Made by a program: the position numbers and the translations under genes. From positions 1,491-65,490 of the forward strand of contig CANJPX010000011.1 of the NCBI GenBank assembly GCA_947476185.1: DNA of 64,000 nt, in the 5' to 3' direction. Of this stretch, positions 21,201-30,808 are shown one piece after another (position 1 is the stretch's first letter; every line of letters begins with the position of its first letter). The DNA is from Bacteroidota bacterium. GTDB lineage: Bacteria; Bacteroidota; Bacteroidia; 2-12-FULL-35-15. The notes below the pieces were generated by a model. The model was not told the origin of the DNA, made no database searches, and worked only from the letters and a program-made list of their open reading frames with translations.

Positions 21201-21749
21201 TTACTTCTTTTTATAAGGTTCAAGTGTTGCAGTGATCTTCACGTCAGTATCTTCAGGGATTATCAAAGCATATAAAGTCGGGATCTCAACATTATGATCT
21301 GCAAATTTTATTTTAAAATTTGATGAGATGGAAATCACACCACCTTTAACTGAAACAAGACCATCAATCGTTCTGTCTTTTTCAACACCATGAATATTAA
21401 GTTTTCCTGTTACAGTTACCTTGTAATCACCATCTTTTGTATACTCAATTTTCTCATTTATTTTTCCTTTGAAGATCGCATAGGGAAACTTTTCACTTTC
21501 CACATAATTTTCATTGAAATGCTCTTGCATCAGCGGCTTTTCGAACACAAAACTTGTCATTGCAATTTTCATTTGAATATCCCCGGTAGCAATATTAAGC
21601 AAGGGGGTGGTTGATTTGTTTACTGCATCAATATTTTCAACAGTGGTTTTGGAAAAAAAGCTGATCTCACATGTTTTCCCGATATAGATCTGAGAAAATG
21701 AACTCGCTCCAATAACCATTGAAATTCCGAATAATAATACCTTTTTCAT
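21201..21749 (-). CDS. YceI-family protein
   Basis: ISFFS, F.FEKPLMQEHFNENYVESEKFP, G.LNIHGVEK; start placed at ATG 21749. Confidence 0.88.
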   Translation of the reverse strand: MKKVLLFGISMVIGASSFSQIYIGKTCEISFFSKTTVENIDAVNKSTTPLLNIATGDIQMKIAMTSFVFEKPLMQEHFNENYVESEKFPYAIFKGKINEKIEYTKDGDYKVTVTGKLNIHGVEKDRTIDGLVSVKGGVISISSNFKIKFADHNVEIPTLYALIIPEDTDVKITATLEPYKKK

Positions 21750-21810
21750 TGTTTTTTTTTTAGTGAATAAGACAAATGATGGCAATAACTATGCCTGTAA
21801 AAAATGGCCC

Positions 21811-22155
21811 TTAATTATTAGGAGCCCCTTGTTCAAGCCAACAATTCAATTTCCCTAACTCACCCTCCGTAAGTGGAGTTGAGCCGGCTGATGGCATATC
21901 TTTCAAAACAAATACCCTATTTTTGAAAGATCCATTATCCACTTTCCCTTTTATTTCAGAATATACTGCAAAATCACCTCCTGCAGCAGCTCCTGCAAAA
22001 TGACATCCTACACAAGCTGCATCTATAATGGGTTTTACATCAGTTGCAAAATAAATTGTTGAGGAGCATCCAACTGACAAGGGCTGCTCTTTATCTGAGG
22101 TGCATGAAACAAGAAAAATGGAAATTCCGATAAAAGCGATGATTACTTTTTTCAT
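21811..22155 (-). CDS. Small monoheme c-type cytochrome lipoprotein
   Basis: Lipobox LVSC; CVGCH heme motif; distal MP; W..QGAPNN end. Confidence 0.8.
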   Translation of the reverse strand: MKKVIIAFIGISIFLVSCTSDKEQPLSVGCSSTIYFATDVKPIIDAACVGCHFAGAAAGGDFAVYSEIKGKVDNGSFKNRVFVLKDMPSAGSTPLTEGELGKLNCWLEQGAPNN

Positions 22156-22327
22156 TTTTTGTTGGGGTTTAATTTAGTACTCATAAATCGGCAACAAGTC
22201 TACTAAAAGTTTATTTAAATTACTATATTTTAATTGTTAAATCTTTGATGAGGACCACATGATTATTATCATATCGCTTTACCCCAAACTATAAATCAGG
22301 GAGCAATTTAAAACCTCTGGATAATTC

Positions 22328-22876
22328 CTATTTCTTTTTAAAGGGAAGTAATACGGCATCTATTTTCACATCAACATCTTCTGCAATATTTTTAATATAT
22401 AAACTTGGAACTTTGATACCGTAATCTGCCACATGAATTTTAAATGCAGAAGCAATATCAATTTCTTTTCCTTTAATTATTACAGTTCCATCTACAGTTA
22501 TTTTTTTTTCTACACCATGTATTGACATCATTCCGGTCACCGTTACGGTATACTCACCATCCTTTTTCCAATCAATACTGTCATTGATCTTTCCTTTGAA
22601 AATAGAATATGGGAATTTTTCACTCTCCATATAATTTTCATTGAAATGTTCTTGCATCAATGGCTTGACAAATACAAAACCCGTATTTGCGATCTTTATC
22701 TGAACCTCATTTGTAGAAGTATTAATCAAGGGTCTCGAAGATTTATTGACCGCATTGATATTTTCGACAGGAGTTTCAGAAAAGAAACTTACTTCGCAGG
22801 ATTCTGCCAAAAAAATCTGTGCAGAAACAGTTGTATGAATTACAACCACCGAAAGGAACAATAATAATTTTTTCAT
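22328..22876 (-). CDS. YceI-family protein (paralogue of 21201-21749)
   Basis: VSFFSE, KPLMQEHFNENYMESEKFP, IHGVEK. Confidence 0.88.
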   Translation of the reverse strand: MKKLLLFLSVVVIHTTVSAQIFLAESCEVSFFSETPVENINAVNKSSRPLINTSTNEVQIKIANTGFVFVKPLMQEHFNENYMESEKFPYSIFKGKINDSIDWKKDGEYTVTVTGMMSIHGVEKKITVDGTVIIKGKEIDIASAFKIHVADYGIKVPSLYIKNIAEDVDVKIDAVLLPFKKK

Positions 22877-22973
22877 GGATCGTATATGTTAAGAACAAAC
22901 AAATACAATAATAAATCAAATCGAAATTAGAAGAAATTTCAAATTACAGCAATAACTGTAATTGAAAACATTG

Positions 22974-23417
22974 CTATTTCGAAAAAGTTTTAGTATCAAC
23001 TAATTTTCCGGATTCATCCCAAAAGGTCCATTTACCACTTTCCTTATCGTTAGTATAAAAGCCTTCGTAGCGTTTGTTTCCATTCTCATACCAGGTGGTT
23101 GTCTTTCCGTTTTTTATTCCGGCAGTAAAAATAGATTCACTCCATTGTGTTCCGTTCTCATAAAAACTCTTCCATAAACCGTCCCGCTTTCCGTCCTTCA
23201 TTCCTCCACGCATTTTAACTGCCCCATTTTCATACCGCATGATACTTTCACCGTTTTTTATTGTGGTGTCCTGTTTTGAAATTATTGTAAATGTGGTTGA
23301 ATCAGGATTGGGTACAATTTCTTTTTTCACCTCCACCTGAGGCTTTTCTAAGGATTGGTTGGAACAAGCCAGTAATCCACAAATAATTGAAAAAACTAAA
23401 ATGAGCTTTGTTTTCAT
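22974..23417 (-). CDS. MORN-repeat lipoprotein
   Basis: Lipobox LLAC; repeated YENG...G...G.W units. Confidence 0.8.
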   Translation of the reverse strand: MKTKLILVFSIICGLLACSNQSLEKPQVEVKKEIVPNPDSTTFTIISKQDTTIKNGESIMRYENGAVKMRGGMKDGKRDGLWKSFYENGTQWSESIFTAGIKNGKTTTWYENGNKRYEGFYTNDKESGKWTFWDESGKLVDTKTFSK

Positions 23418-23474
23418 TAGTATATTTTTGAATTAATATTTTGCAGTAGTATTCATATTTCTTCCCTGTATTTA

Positions 23475-24446
23475 TTAATTTTTTCGCTCTGTAGTATATC
23501 TTACCAATCCTTCCAATGAAGCTTTTGATGAACTGTCCGGAAAATGGGAAAGAAGTTGAAGCGCCTTATTCTTATACTCGTTCATCCGTGATTCAGCATA
23601 TTCTATTCCTCCGCTTTTTATAACAAAATCAATCACTTCCGCTACCTTCTTCGGATTGTTATTATTGTTCTTTACAATATTTATAATCCTTCTTTTTTCT
23701 AAAAATGTTGCATTGTTCAATGCAAAGATCAATGGTAATGTCATCTTTTTTTCCTTGATATCGATCCCTGTCGGTTTACCGATATTGGAACCATCGCCAT
23801 AATCAAATAGGTCATCTTTTATCTGAAAAGCAATGCCGACAGCCTCACCAAAAGCACGCATCTGCTCAATGGCAAGTTCATCTTTTGTTACAGAAGCCGC
23901 CCCGCAGGCACAACAAGACGCAATCAAAGAAGCCGTCTTTTTACGGATAATGTCAAAATAAACAGCTTCATCAATATCAAGTTTTCTCGCTTTCTCGATC
24001 TGCAATAATTCCCCTTCACTCATTTCACGGACGGCATTTGAAACAAGACCCAACAAATGAAAATCTTTATTATCTACCGAAAGCAACAGTCCCCTTGACA
24101 ACAAAAAATCACCAACTAATACAGCGATCTTATTTTTCCAAAGTGCATTTACCGAAAAAAAACCTCTGCGTTCATTTGAATCGTCCACAACATCATCATG
24201 CACCAAAGTAGCTGTGTGCAATAATTCTATCAGTGAAGCTGCCCGGTAGGTTGAATCGTTCATTTCGCCAACAACTTTGGCCGATAAAAAAACAAACATC
24301 GGACGCAATTGTTTTCCTTTTCGTTTAACAATATATCGTGTTATCTTATCGAGTAATGGAACAGAACTTTTCATTGAAGACTTAAACTTCAATTCAAATT
24401 CCGCCATTTCATTTTCAATCGGTGCTTTTATTTCGTTGACTGTCAT
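23475..24446 (-). CDS. Polyprenyl diphosphate synthase
   Basis: GKQLRP, LVHDDVVD, KTA, FQIKDD, GKPTGID. Confidence 0.93.
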   Translation of the reverse strand: MTVNEIKAPIENEMAEFELKFKSSMKSSVPLLDKITRYIVKRKGKQLRPMFVFLSAKVVGEMNDSTYRAASLIELLHTATLVHDDVVDDSNERRGFFSVNALWKNKIAVLVGDFLLSRGLLLSVDNKDFHLLGLVSNAVREMSEGELLQIEKARKLDIDEAVYFDIIRKKTASLIASCCACGAASVTKDELAIEQMRAFGEAVGIAFQIKDDLFDYGDGSNIGKPTGIDIKEKKMTLPLIFALNNATFLEKRRIINIVKNNNNNPKKVAEVIDFVIKSGGIEYAESRMNEYKNKALQLLSHFPDSSSKASLEGLVRYTTERKN

Positions 24447-24471
24447 ATCAATTTCACGCGCTTGTATAGTA

Positions 24472-25548
24472 TCAAATCGCCTTTTTCATTTTTCTCGTCC
24501 CAAAACCTTCTTTATTCTTATTCGCCAATTGTCCGCATGCTGCGTCTATATCTTTCCCTCTGCTTCTGCGGACATTCACTATAATATTTTTACTTTCCAG
24601 ATAATTTGCGAAAGCATCCAACCGCTCCGAAGTTGTTTGCTGAAACTCTCCATCATCGATCGGATTGTATTCAATAATATTTACTTTACATGGAATGTGC
24701 TTACAGAACTTTGCCAGATCTTTTGCATCCTCCAGGCTATCATTAAAATCTTTGAATGCGATATATTCATAAGTAACACGGGTTCCCGTTTTCTCATAAA
24801 AATATTTCAATGCTTCTGCCAAAGCATTCAACGTATTTGTTTCATTTATCGGCATGATGTGATTTCTTTTTTCATCACTGGCTGCATGCAATGATAATGC
24901 TAAATTGAATTTCACTCCATCATCACCTAATTTCATTATCATTTTTGACACGCCTGCTGTACTAACAGTAATGCGTTGTGGCGACATATTCAAACCTTCC
25001 GGAGAAGTGATCTTATGAATGGACTCCATCACGTTTTGATAATTTAGCAACGGCTCACCCATTCCCATATATACAATATTCGTCAAGGGAACATTGTACT
25101 TTTCTTCTGCTTGATTTTTTATCAGAACAACCTGATCGTAAATTTCTCCAGCATTTAAATTTCTCAACCGCTCCAATTTACCGGTTGCACAAAACTTACA
25201 TGATAAACTACAACCAACCTGACAAGAAATACAGGCTGTCATACGTGTTGTACTCGGAATCAAAACCCCCTCAACAATATTGCTATCGTATAATTTAAAA
25301 GCATTTTTAATTGTACGGTCGCTGCTGATCTGCATATCCTCCACCACAACAGCGTTGATAATAAAATGTGTATTCAGCAGTTCACGTGTGGATTTTGAAA
25401 GATTGGTCATTTCATCAAATGTACGAGCCGACTTTTTCCAAAGCCATTCATGGACTTGTTTTGCCCGAAATGCCTGATCACCGTTTTCTACAAAAACGGC
25501 TTTTAGTTCTTCGAGAGAAAGTGCTCGTATATCCTTCTTCGTTTTCAT
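24472..25548 (-). CDS. rlmN: 23S rRNA (adenine2503-C2)-methyltransferase
   Basis: CSLSCKFC radical-SAM motif, MGMGEP, SLH, DIDAACGQL. Confidence 0.96.
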   Translation of the reverse strand: MKTKKDIRALSLEELKAVFVENGDQAFRAKQVHEWLWKKSARTFDEMTNLSKSTRELLNTHFIINAVVVEDMQISSDRTIKNAFKLYDSNIVEGVLIPSTTRMTACISCQVGCSLSCKFCATGKLERLRNLNAGEIYDQVVLIKNQAEEKYNVPLTNIVYMGMGEPLLNYQNVMESIHKITSPEGLNMSPQRITVSTAGVSKMIMKLGDDGVKFNLALSLHAASDEKRNHIMPINETNTLNALAEALKYFYEKTGTRVTYEYIAFKDFNDSLEDAKDLAKFCKHIPCKVNIIEYNPIDDGEFQQTTSERLDAFANYLESKNIIVNVRRSRGKDIDAACGQLANKNKEGFGTRKMKKAI

Positions 25549-25633
25549 TTTACAGAATCACAAATTTACAAATAGATATTGATATATCGAGCAGATTATA
25601 ATTTCGTAATTTCGTGCTTTAGACCAACTATTT

Positions 25634-26809
25634 ATGCGCAAAATTTCTGCTGATCATATTTTTCCGGTTTCATCTGAACCAATTAAAAATGGGGTAATTA
25701 CCATTGATGACAAGGGAATGATCGTAAATATCGAATCAGGAACTGAAGCTCAACTATCCGGAATTGAATATTATTCAGGGATCATTTGCCCTGGATTCAT
25801 TAATGCACATTGCCATTTAGAGTTGTCACACCTGCATGCTCAAGTTTCTGAAAAAACCGGAATGACGGGTTTTATCAAAGAATTAATTGATAAACGGACT
25901 TCATTTACCACACTTGAAATACAGCATGCAATTGAAAAGGCGGAAGCAGAAATGAAAAAGAACGGAATTGTTGCGGTTGGCGATATTTCCAATAACAACA
26001 GTACTTTTCAGCAAAAAGAAAAAAACAATCTGAGTTATCATACGTTCATTGAGATCTTCAGTATGGATCCAGCAAAAGCGGAAGAAACAATTAAAAAAGG
26101 TATAAAATTAAGTGCGGAACTTTCCAAACTAAATCTCCGAAACTCAATCGTTCCACATGCTCCCTATACGATGTCGGAGAGCCTATTGGATCTGATAAAT
26201 CAACATGCGCTCGAAAACAACAGCATTTTATCTATCCATAATCAGGAAAGTGAAGGAGAAAGTGAGCTCTTTATTTCCAATTCAGGTGTGATGTTCGACA
26301 CATTCACATCCATGGGAATAAACCCAAGCCTGATGCGTAAAACAGGGCTAAATTCTTTGATGTCAACTTTGCCTCATTTAAACAATGCTTCAAAATTACT
26401 GTTAGTTCATAATACATTTACTTCCAAAGAAGATCTTGATTGGATAAAACTTAATCTCTCCTCTCAAATCTACTTTTGTACTTGTCCGAATGCAAATATT
26501 TACATTGAAAATAAATTACCCGACTATAATTTATTTATACGAGAGAATGCCGCAATGTCCATTGGGACAGACAGTCTGGCCTCTAATTGGGGATTATCTA
26601 TTCTTGATGAATTAAAAACAATCACAAAAAATTATCCAAAAATTCCTTTACAAACTATACTTACTTGGGCAACAAAAAACGGTGCCGATTTTTTAGGATT
26701 CAACAAATTAGGCACTATCGAAAAAGGGAAAACACCCGGACTGAATTTATTAAAAAATGTAGATGGAATGATGATCTCTGATAAAACTGAAGTGCTGAAA
26801 TTGGTTTAA
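25634..26809 (+). CDS. Metal-dependent amidohydrolase
   Basis: PGFINAHCHLELS, PHAPY, IHNQES, CPNAN, GTDSLASN. Confidence 0.88.
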   Translation: MRKISADHIFPVSSEPIKNGVITIDDKGMIVNIESGTEAQLSGIEYYSGIICPGFINAHCHLELSHLHAQVSEKTGMTGFIKELIDKRTSFTTLEIQHAIEKAEAEMKKNGIVAVGDISNNNSTFQQKEKNNLSYHTFIEIFSMDPAKAEETIKKGIKLSAELSKLNLRNSIVPHAPYTMSESLLDLINQHALENNSILSIHNQESEGESELFISNSGVMFDTFTSMGINPSLMRKTGLNSLMSTLPHLNNASKLLLVHNTFTSKEDLDWIKLNLSSQIYFCTCPNANIYIENKLPDYNLFIRENAAMSIGTDSLASNWGLSILDELKTITKNYPKIPLQTILTWATKNGADFLGFNKLGTIEKGKTPGLNLLKNVDGMMISDKTEVLKLV

Positions 26810-27468
26810 CGCATCAACGCTTCCGCGATGATCAGATCATGCTGAGTAGTAATTTTTATATTCTCCCGATTCCCTTCAATCAAATTTATTTTTTCTCCGA
26901 AAGCCTCCAGAACACTTGCATCATCAGTAAATTCGGGCTTATATGCTTTTAAAAATGCCTTTCTTATCAGATCCGAATGAAAACATTGTGGTGTTTGAAT
27001 GATGGAGTATTGAGTTCTGTCCACTGCACAATTTTCCTTCCCTTTCAAAAAACGAATCGATTCATTCAAAGGAATTGCAGGAGATGCGTTTCCTAATTTT
27101 TCTGCTGTTTCAAATGCTTTCAAAATAGTTTCTTTGCTCACCAAAGGGCGGGCTGCATCATGAATGCCAACAATGCAAGCATCTGGAACAAGTGTCAAAC
27201 CATTTTTAACGGAATGATAACGTGTTTCTCCGCCATCCATTAATTGATGTAAAATGGAAAAATTGTGTTTCATGCAAAGTTTTTTCCAATCCTCGTTTAA
27301 CTGCTTTGCAAGAACAACAACAATGTTAATATCCGGAATAGAATCCTTGAATTTTTCTATCGTATGCATTAGGATAGGTTTTTTCTGCAACTCCATGAAT
27401 TGCTTAGGAACAGCATTGTTCATCCGTGTTCCTGTTCCTCCCGCTACTATGATAACGTATTTTTTCAA
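26806..27468 (-). CDS. ispD: 2-C-methyl-D-erythritol 4-phosphate cytidylyltransferase
   Basis: AGGTGTRM..PKQF, IHDAARP, QTPQ, TDDAS, NIKIT; TTG start. Confidence 0.93.
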   Translation of the reverse strand: MKKYVIIVAGGTGTRMNNAVPKQFMELQKKPILMHTIEKFKDSIPDINIVVVLAKQLNEDWKKLCMKHNFSILHQLMDGGETRYHSVKNGLTLVPDACIVGIHDAARPLVSKETILKAFETAEKLGNASPAIPLNESIRFLKGKENCAVDRTQYSIIQTPQCFHSDLIRKAFLKAYKPEFTDDASVLEAFGEKINLIEGNRENIKITTQHDLIIAEALMR

Positions 27469-27495
27469 CAGACTAGATTTAATGATCTATTTATT

Positions 27496-27550
27496 AAAAA
27501 AAAGATGGTTAATAATTATTGAACACTTTCGCCAACAACTATTAACCATC
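27496..27550 (-). terminator. Intrinsic terminator after queA (18-bp stem, U8 tail)
   Basis: Minus strand GATGGTTAATAGTTGTTG / CAATAATTATTAACCATC pairs fully with two G-U wobbles, followed by eight U. Confidence 0.75.
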
Positions 27551-27564
27551 CACTAACAACTATA

Positions 27565-28614
27565 TTATAATATTAACATTGCATCTCCATAGGTATAGAA
27601 ATGATATTTTTCTTTGATCGCTTCTTTGTATGCTTTCATCATCAAATCGTATCCGCCAAATGCACAAACCATCATCAACAATGTTGATTCAGGTGTATGA
27701 AAGTTTGTTATCATACAATTTGCCACACTAAAATCATAAGGAGGAAAAATAAACTTGTTTGTCCAACCATCATACGGTTTAACATAACCATCTGTACTCA
27801 CCGATGTTTCAATAGCACGCATTGAAGTTGTTCCAACACAACATACTTTTTTCTTTGTTTCACGTGCTTTATTGATAATCTTACAATCGTTTTCAGAAAT
27901 ATAAGCTTGCTCCGAATCCATCTTGTGTTTAGTTAGATCCTCTACTTCAACAGTTCTGAAAGTTCCAAGACCAACGTGTAAGGTAACATTTGCAAAATTT
28001 ACTCCTTTAAGCTCAAGACGTTTCAATAACTCACGGCTGAAATGCAGACCTGCTGTAGGAGCTGCTACTGCACCTTCATTTTTTGCATATACTGTTTGAT
28101 AACGGTCTTTGTCTTCTTCAGTTGGTGCACGTTTAATATATTTAGGAAGCGGTGTTTCGCCCATATCGTTCAATGTTTTACGGAACTCTTCGTAAGAACC
28201 ATCAAACAAGAAACGTAACGTACGTCCACGGGATGTAGTATTATCAATTACTTCAGCGACTAATGTATCATCATCACCAAAATAAAGTTTATTTCCGATA
28301 CGGATCTTACGGGCAGGATCTACCAATACGTCCCATAAACGACTTTCAGCATTTAGTTCACGTAACAAAAACACTTCGATCTTTGCACCGGTTTTTTCTT
28401 TATTTCCGTACATACGTGCAGGAAAAACTTTGGTATCATTTAAAATCATACAATCTCCATCTCCAAAATAACTCAAAACATCTTTGAATGATTTATGCTC
28501 GATCTTCCCGGTTTTACGGTGAATAACCATCAATCTAGCTTCGTCACGGGTTTTAGCAGGCGTTTCAGCAATTAATTCTTTCGGAAGATTAAATTTAAAT
28601 TGTGATAATTTCAT
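27565..28614 (-). CDS. queA: S-adenosylmethionine:tRNA ribosyltransferase-isomerase
   Basis: [46 protein letters not shown]. Confidence 0.97.
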   Translation of the reverse strand: MKLSQFKFNLPKELIAETPAKTRDEARLMVIHRKTGKIEHKSFKDVLSYFGDGDCMILNDTKVFPARMYGNKEKTGAKIEVFLLRELNAESRLWDVLVDPARKIRIGNKLYFGDDDTLVAEVIDNTTSRGRTLRFLFDGSYEEFRKTLNDMGETPLPKYIKRAPTEEDKDRYQTVYAKNEGAVAAPTAGLHFSRELLKRLELKGVNFANVTLHVGLGTFRTVEVEDLTKHKMDSEQAYISENDCKIINKARETKKKVCCVGTTSMRAIETSVSTDGYVKPYDGWTNKFIFPPYDFSVANCMITNFHTPESTLLMMVCAFGGYDLMMKAYKEAIKEKYHFYTYGDAMLIL

Positions 28615-28723
28615 ATATTTTTTTGTTTTTTTGAGTAAGGTGGTCTGGAATTACGAAGCAGGACGCTCCGGCAATTTCATAAATCTTACGGGATTTATTT
28701 ATGTATTTCGATTAACAAGGGCG

Positions 28724-28731
28724 CAAAAATA
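28724..28731 (-). promoter_or_regulatory. Bacteroidota -7 promoter element for queA
   Basis: Minus strand TATTTTTG matches TAnnTTTG, about 110 nt upstream of the queA ATG. Confidence 0.55.
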
Positions 28732-28891
28732 AGCTTTCGAAGAGGCGATGTCAATAAAAATCGTGTTTATTTTTCTGAAATGTTTAATTGTAGGACTTTG
28801 AGACCTATACTAAAGCCAAAAGAAAAAGAATCTAACTCCAACCTATCAATGAATTGATTCAGAAACATCTAAACATCTCTGGAATGTAGGC

Positions 28892-29611
28892 CTAAATATC
28901 GGTGGATATTTCTGTTTTTAAGCTGCTTTCAAACGCCTCAATACTCAACGCATCCTCTAATTTATATTCCCCGATACGCGTCCGGCATAATTTAATTAGA
29001 TGTCCTCCGCTTTTTAATGCAAAGCCAAGATCTCTTGCCAGTGAACGAATATACGTTCCTTTACTGCAAACAATTCTAAAATCGATCTCCGGCAGAGCAA
29101 TTCGGGTAATTTCAAATTCTGAGATGGTAATTTCTTTTGGTTTTATCTCCGCTGTTTCTCCTGCTCGAGCAATATCATAAGCGCGTTTGCCATTAATTTT
29201 TATAGCCGAATAGATAGGCGGTGTTTGTTGAATGGTTCCAATAAATTGTTTGGTGGTGGCTAAGATCAACTCATCCGTTATATGATCTGTCGGATAATAA
29301 GCATCAATCTCTTTTTCCAGATCATAACATGGAGTAGTTGCTCCGAGGTAAAAGGTGCCGGTATACTCTTTCTCTTGTGCCTGATACTTCTCGATATTTT
29401 TTGTTTGTTTCCCCGTGCAAACGATCAGTAAGCCTGTAGCTAATGGATCCAGCGTTCCTGCATGACCAATTTTCGGCTGTACTCTTTTTCCTTCCAAAAT
29501 TAAAGAAGGATGATCTTTGATCAACCACTTCATTTTATTCACTACTTGAAAGGATGTCCAACGAAGTGGTTTTTGAATAAGGATGACTTCTCCGGTTCTG
29601 AAATCTGACAT
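28892..29611 (-). CDS. truB: tRNA pseudouridine(55) synthase
   Basis: KP..WTSF, GHAGTLDPLATG, PPIYSAIK, CSKGTYIRSLARD. Confidence 0.96.
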   Translation of the reverse strand: MSDFRTGEVILIQKPLRWTSFQVVNKMKWLIKDHPSLILEGKRVQPKIGHAGTLDPLATGLLIVCTGKQTKNIEKYQAQEKEYTGTFYLGATTPCYDLEKEIDAYYPTDHITDELILATTKQFIGTIQQTPPIYSAIKINGKRAYDIARAGETAEIKPKEITISEFEITRIALPEIDFRIVCSKGTYIRSLARDLGFALKSGGHLIKLCRTRIGEYKLEDALSIEAFESSLKTEISTDI

Positions 29612-29617
29612 GAATTA

Positions 29618-30409
29618 TTATGCAGTTAGGTGTAATCCGGTACTTAATGCGTATGCAAGAAAAAGTACTCCGAGAATTATGCGGTAATATCCGAAATGTT
29701 TAAATCCGAATTTCGTTAAAAAGGCGATAAATGCTTTCACAGCAACAATGGCAATTACAAATGCTACAAAACCGCCTAGCAATAATATGGCAATATCTGC
29801 ACTATGGATATTATCTTTCTCTTTTAACAGATCATACCCCGAAGCAGCAAACATCGTTGGTATAGCCAGCAAAAAAGAAAATTCAGCTGCTTGCCGGCGG
29901 TCAAATCCTGCAAAAACACCACCGAAAATTGTTGCTGCAGCACGCGAAACACCGGGCACCATCGACACACATTGTATCAATCCGATCTTCAGTGCTCCTA
30001 AATAACTAATGTCCTCCACTTGTTTGTATTCCGATCTTTTACGCTCACTCCATTTATCCAGCAAGATCAAAACAACACCTCCTACTATCAATGAAATACT
30101 AACAGTAATCGGATTAAACAAATAATGCTTGATGGTTTTATATGCCAAGAAACCAATGATCCCGGTAGGAAGAAACGCCACACCTAATTTCAAATAGATG
30201 TCCAAGCCAACAAAAAAACGTTTGAAATAGATCAGTACGACAGCCATAATAGCTCCCAGCTGAATAACGATCTCAAAGGTATTTGCAAAGTTCGGATCTT
30301 TCACATCCATCAGGGATTGCGCAAGGATCATATGTCCGGTTGATGATACAGGTAAAAATTCTGTAATACCTTCAATGATCGCAATAATAATAGCTTGGAT
30401 GTAAGTCAT
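29618..30409 (-). CDS. uppP: Undecaprenyl-diphosphate phosphatase
   Basis: EGITEFLPVSSTGH, IQLGAI, PGVSR, AAEFSFLLAIP, FGYYRI. Confidence 0.95.
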   Translation of the reverse strand: MTYIQAIIIAIIEGITEFLPVSSTGHMILAQSLMDVKDPNFANTFEIVIQLGAIMAVVLIYFKRFFVGLDIYLKLGVAFLPTGIIGFLAYKTIKHYLFNPITVSISLIVGGVVLILLDKWSERKRSEYKQVEDISYLGALKIGLIQCVSMVPGVSRAAATIFGGVFAGFDRRQAAEFSFLLAIPTMFAASGYDLLKEKDNIHSADIAILLLGGFVAFVIAIVAVKAFIAFLTKFGFKHFGYYRIILGVLFLAYALSTGLHLTA

Positions 30410-30492
30410 GATGTGCAGATGTGCTGATTAGTAGGTATGCAGAAAAACATTTTTGTGAGAAAATCGGTACATCAGCAAATCGGTATATCAAA
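30410..30492. repeat. Inverted pair of 8-nt-periodic repeat arms filling the intergenic gap
   Basis: GATGTGCA-GATGTGCT-GATTAGTA-GGTATGCA ... AAATCGGT-ACATCAGC-AAATCGGT-ATATCAAA. Confidence 0.65.
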
Positions 30493-30738
30493 TTAGTCTT
30501 TCGATTTTTTCATGATGCCATAAAGTACCACTACAAAACCTGCTAAAATAACAATTGGAGATAAAGTGATCCTTCGGAAACTAAAGATCTCATCTGCATG
30601 AAATTCATTCGGGTTTTCAGACCCTCCGCCTACCATCAGCATATAGCCGATAGCAACAATAACAACTCCAACGATAAGTATCCGATAGTTTTCTTTTGTG
30701 AAAGCAAAACCCGGTTGTTTTTTAGTTTCTTTACTCAT
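30493..30738 (-). CDS. DUF3098-like small membrane protein
   Basis: F.KENY, LM.GGGS, IFSFRRITLSP; ftsX-DUF3098-uppP-truB synteny. Confidence 0.85.
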   Translation of the reverse strand: MSKETKKQPGFAFTKENYRILIVGVVIVAIGYMLMVGGGSENPNEFHADEIFSFRRITLSPIVILAGFVVVLYGIMKKSKD

Positions 30739-30808
30739 TTGATGAATCTATTTTATATCGCAAATGTAATATAATTTAAATAAAAAAAATGTTAAAAAAA
30801 CTGAAGAG

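Noticed and set aside
21752-21761. Ten-T homopolymer as a phase-variation tract
   Set aside because: It lies just upstream of the likely YceI start, where A-rich leaders are normal in Bacteroidota; it is not inside the probable CDS.
24277-24894. 205-aa ORF antisense to rlmN and the polyprenyl synthase, and similar shadow ORFs (e.g. 51020-51550, 57793-58305, 63104-63490)
   Set aside because: They overlap well-supported genes on the opposite strand and show no recognisable motifs.
26451-26473. AATCTCT-CCTCTCA-AATCTAC periodic run in the amidohydrolase gene
   Set aside because: Weak periodicity, no partner arm and no evident length insertion in the protein.
30410-30492. CRISPR array
   Set aside because: The units are 8 nt and contiguous with no unique spacers, and no cas genes are present in the window.
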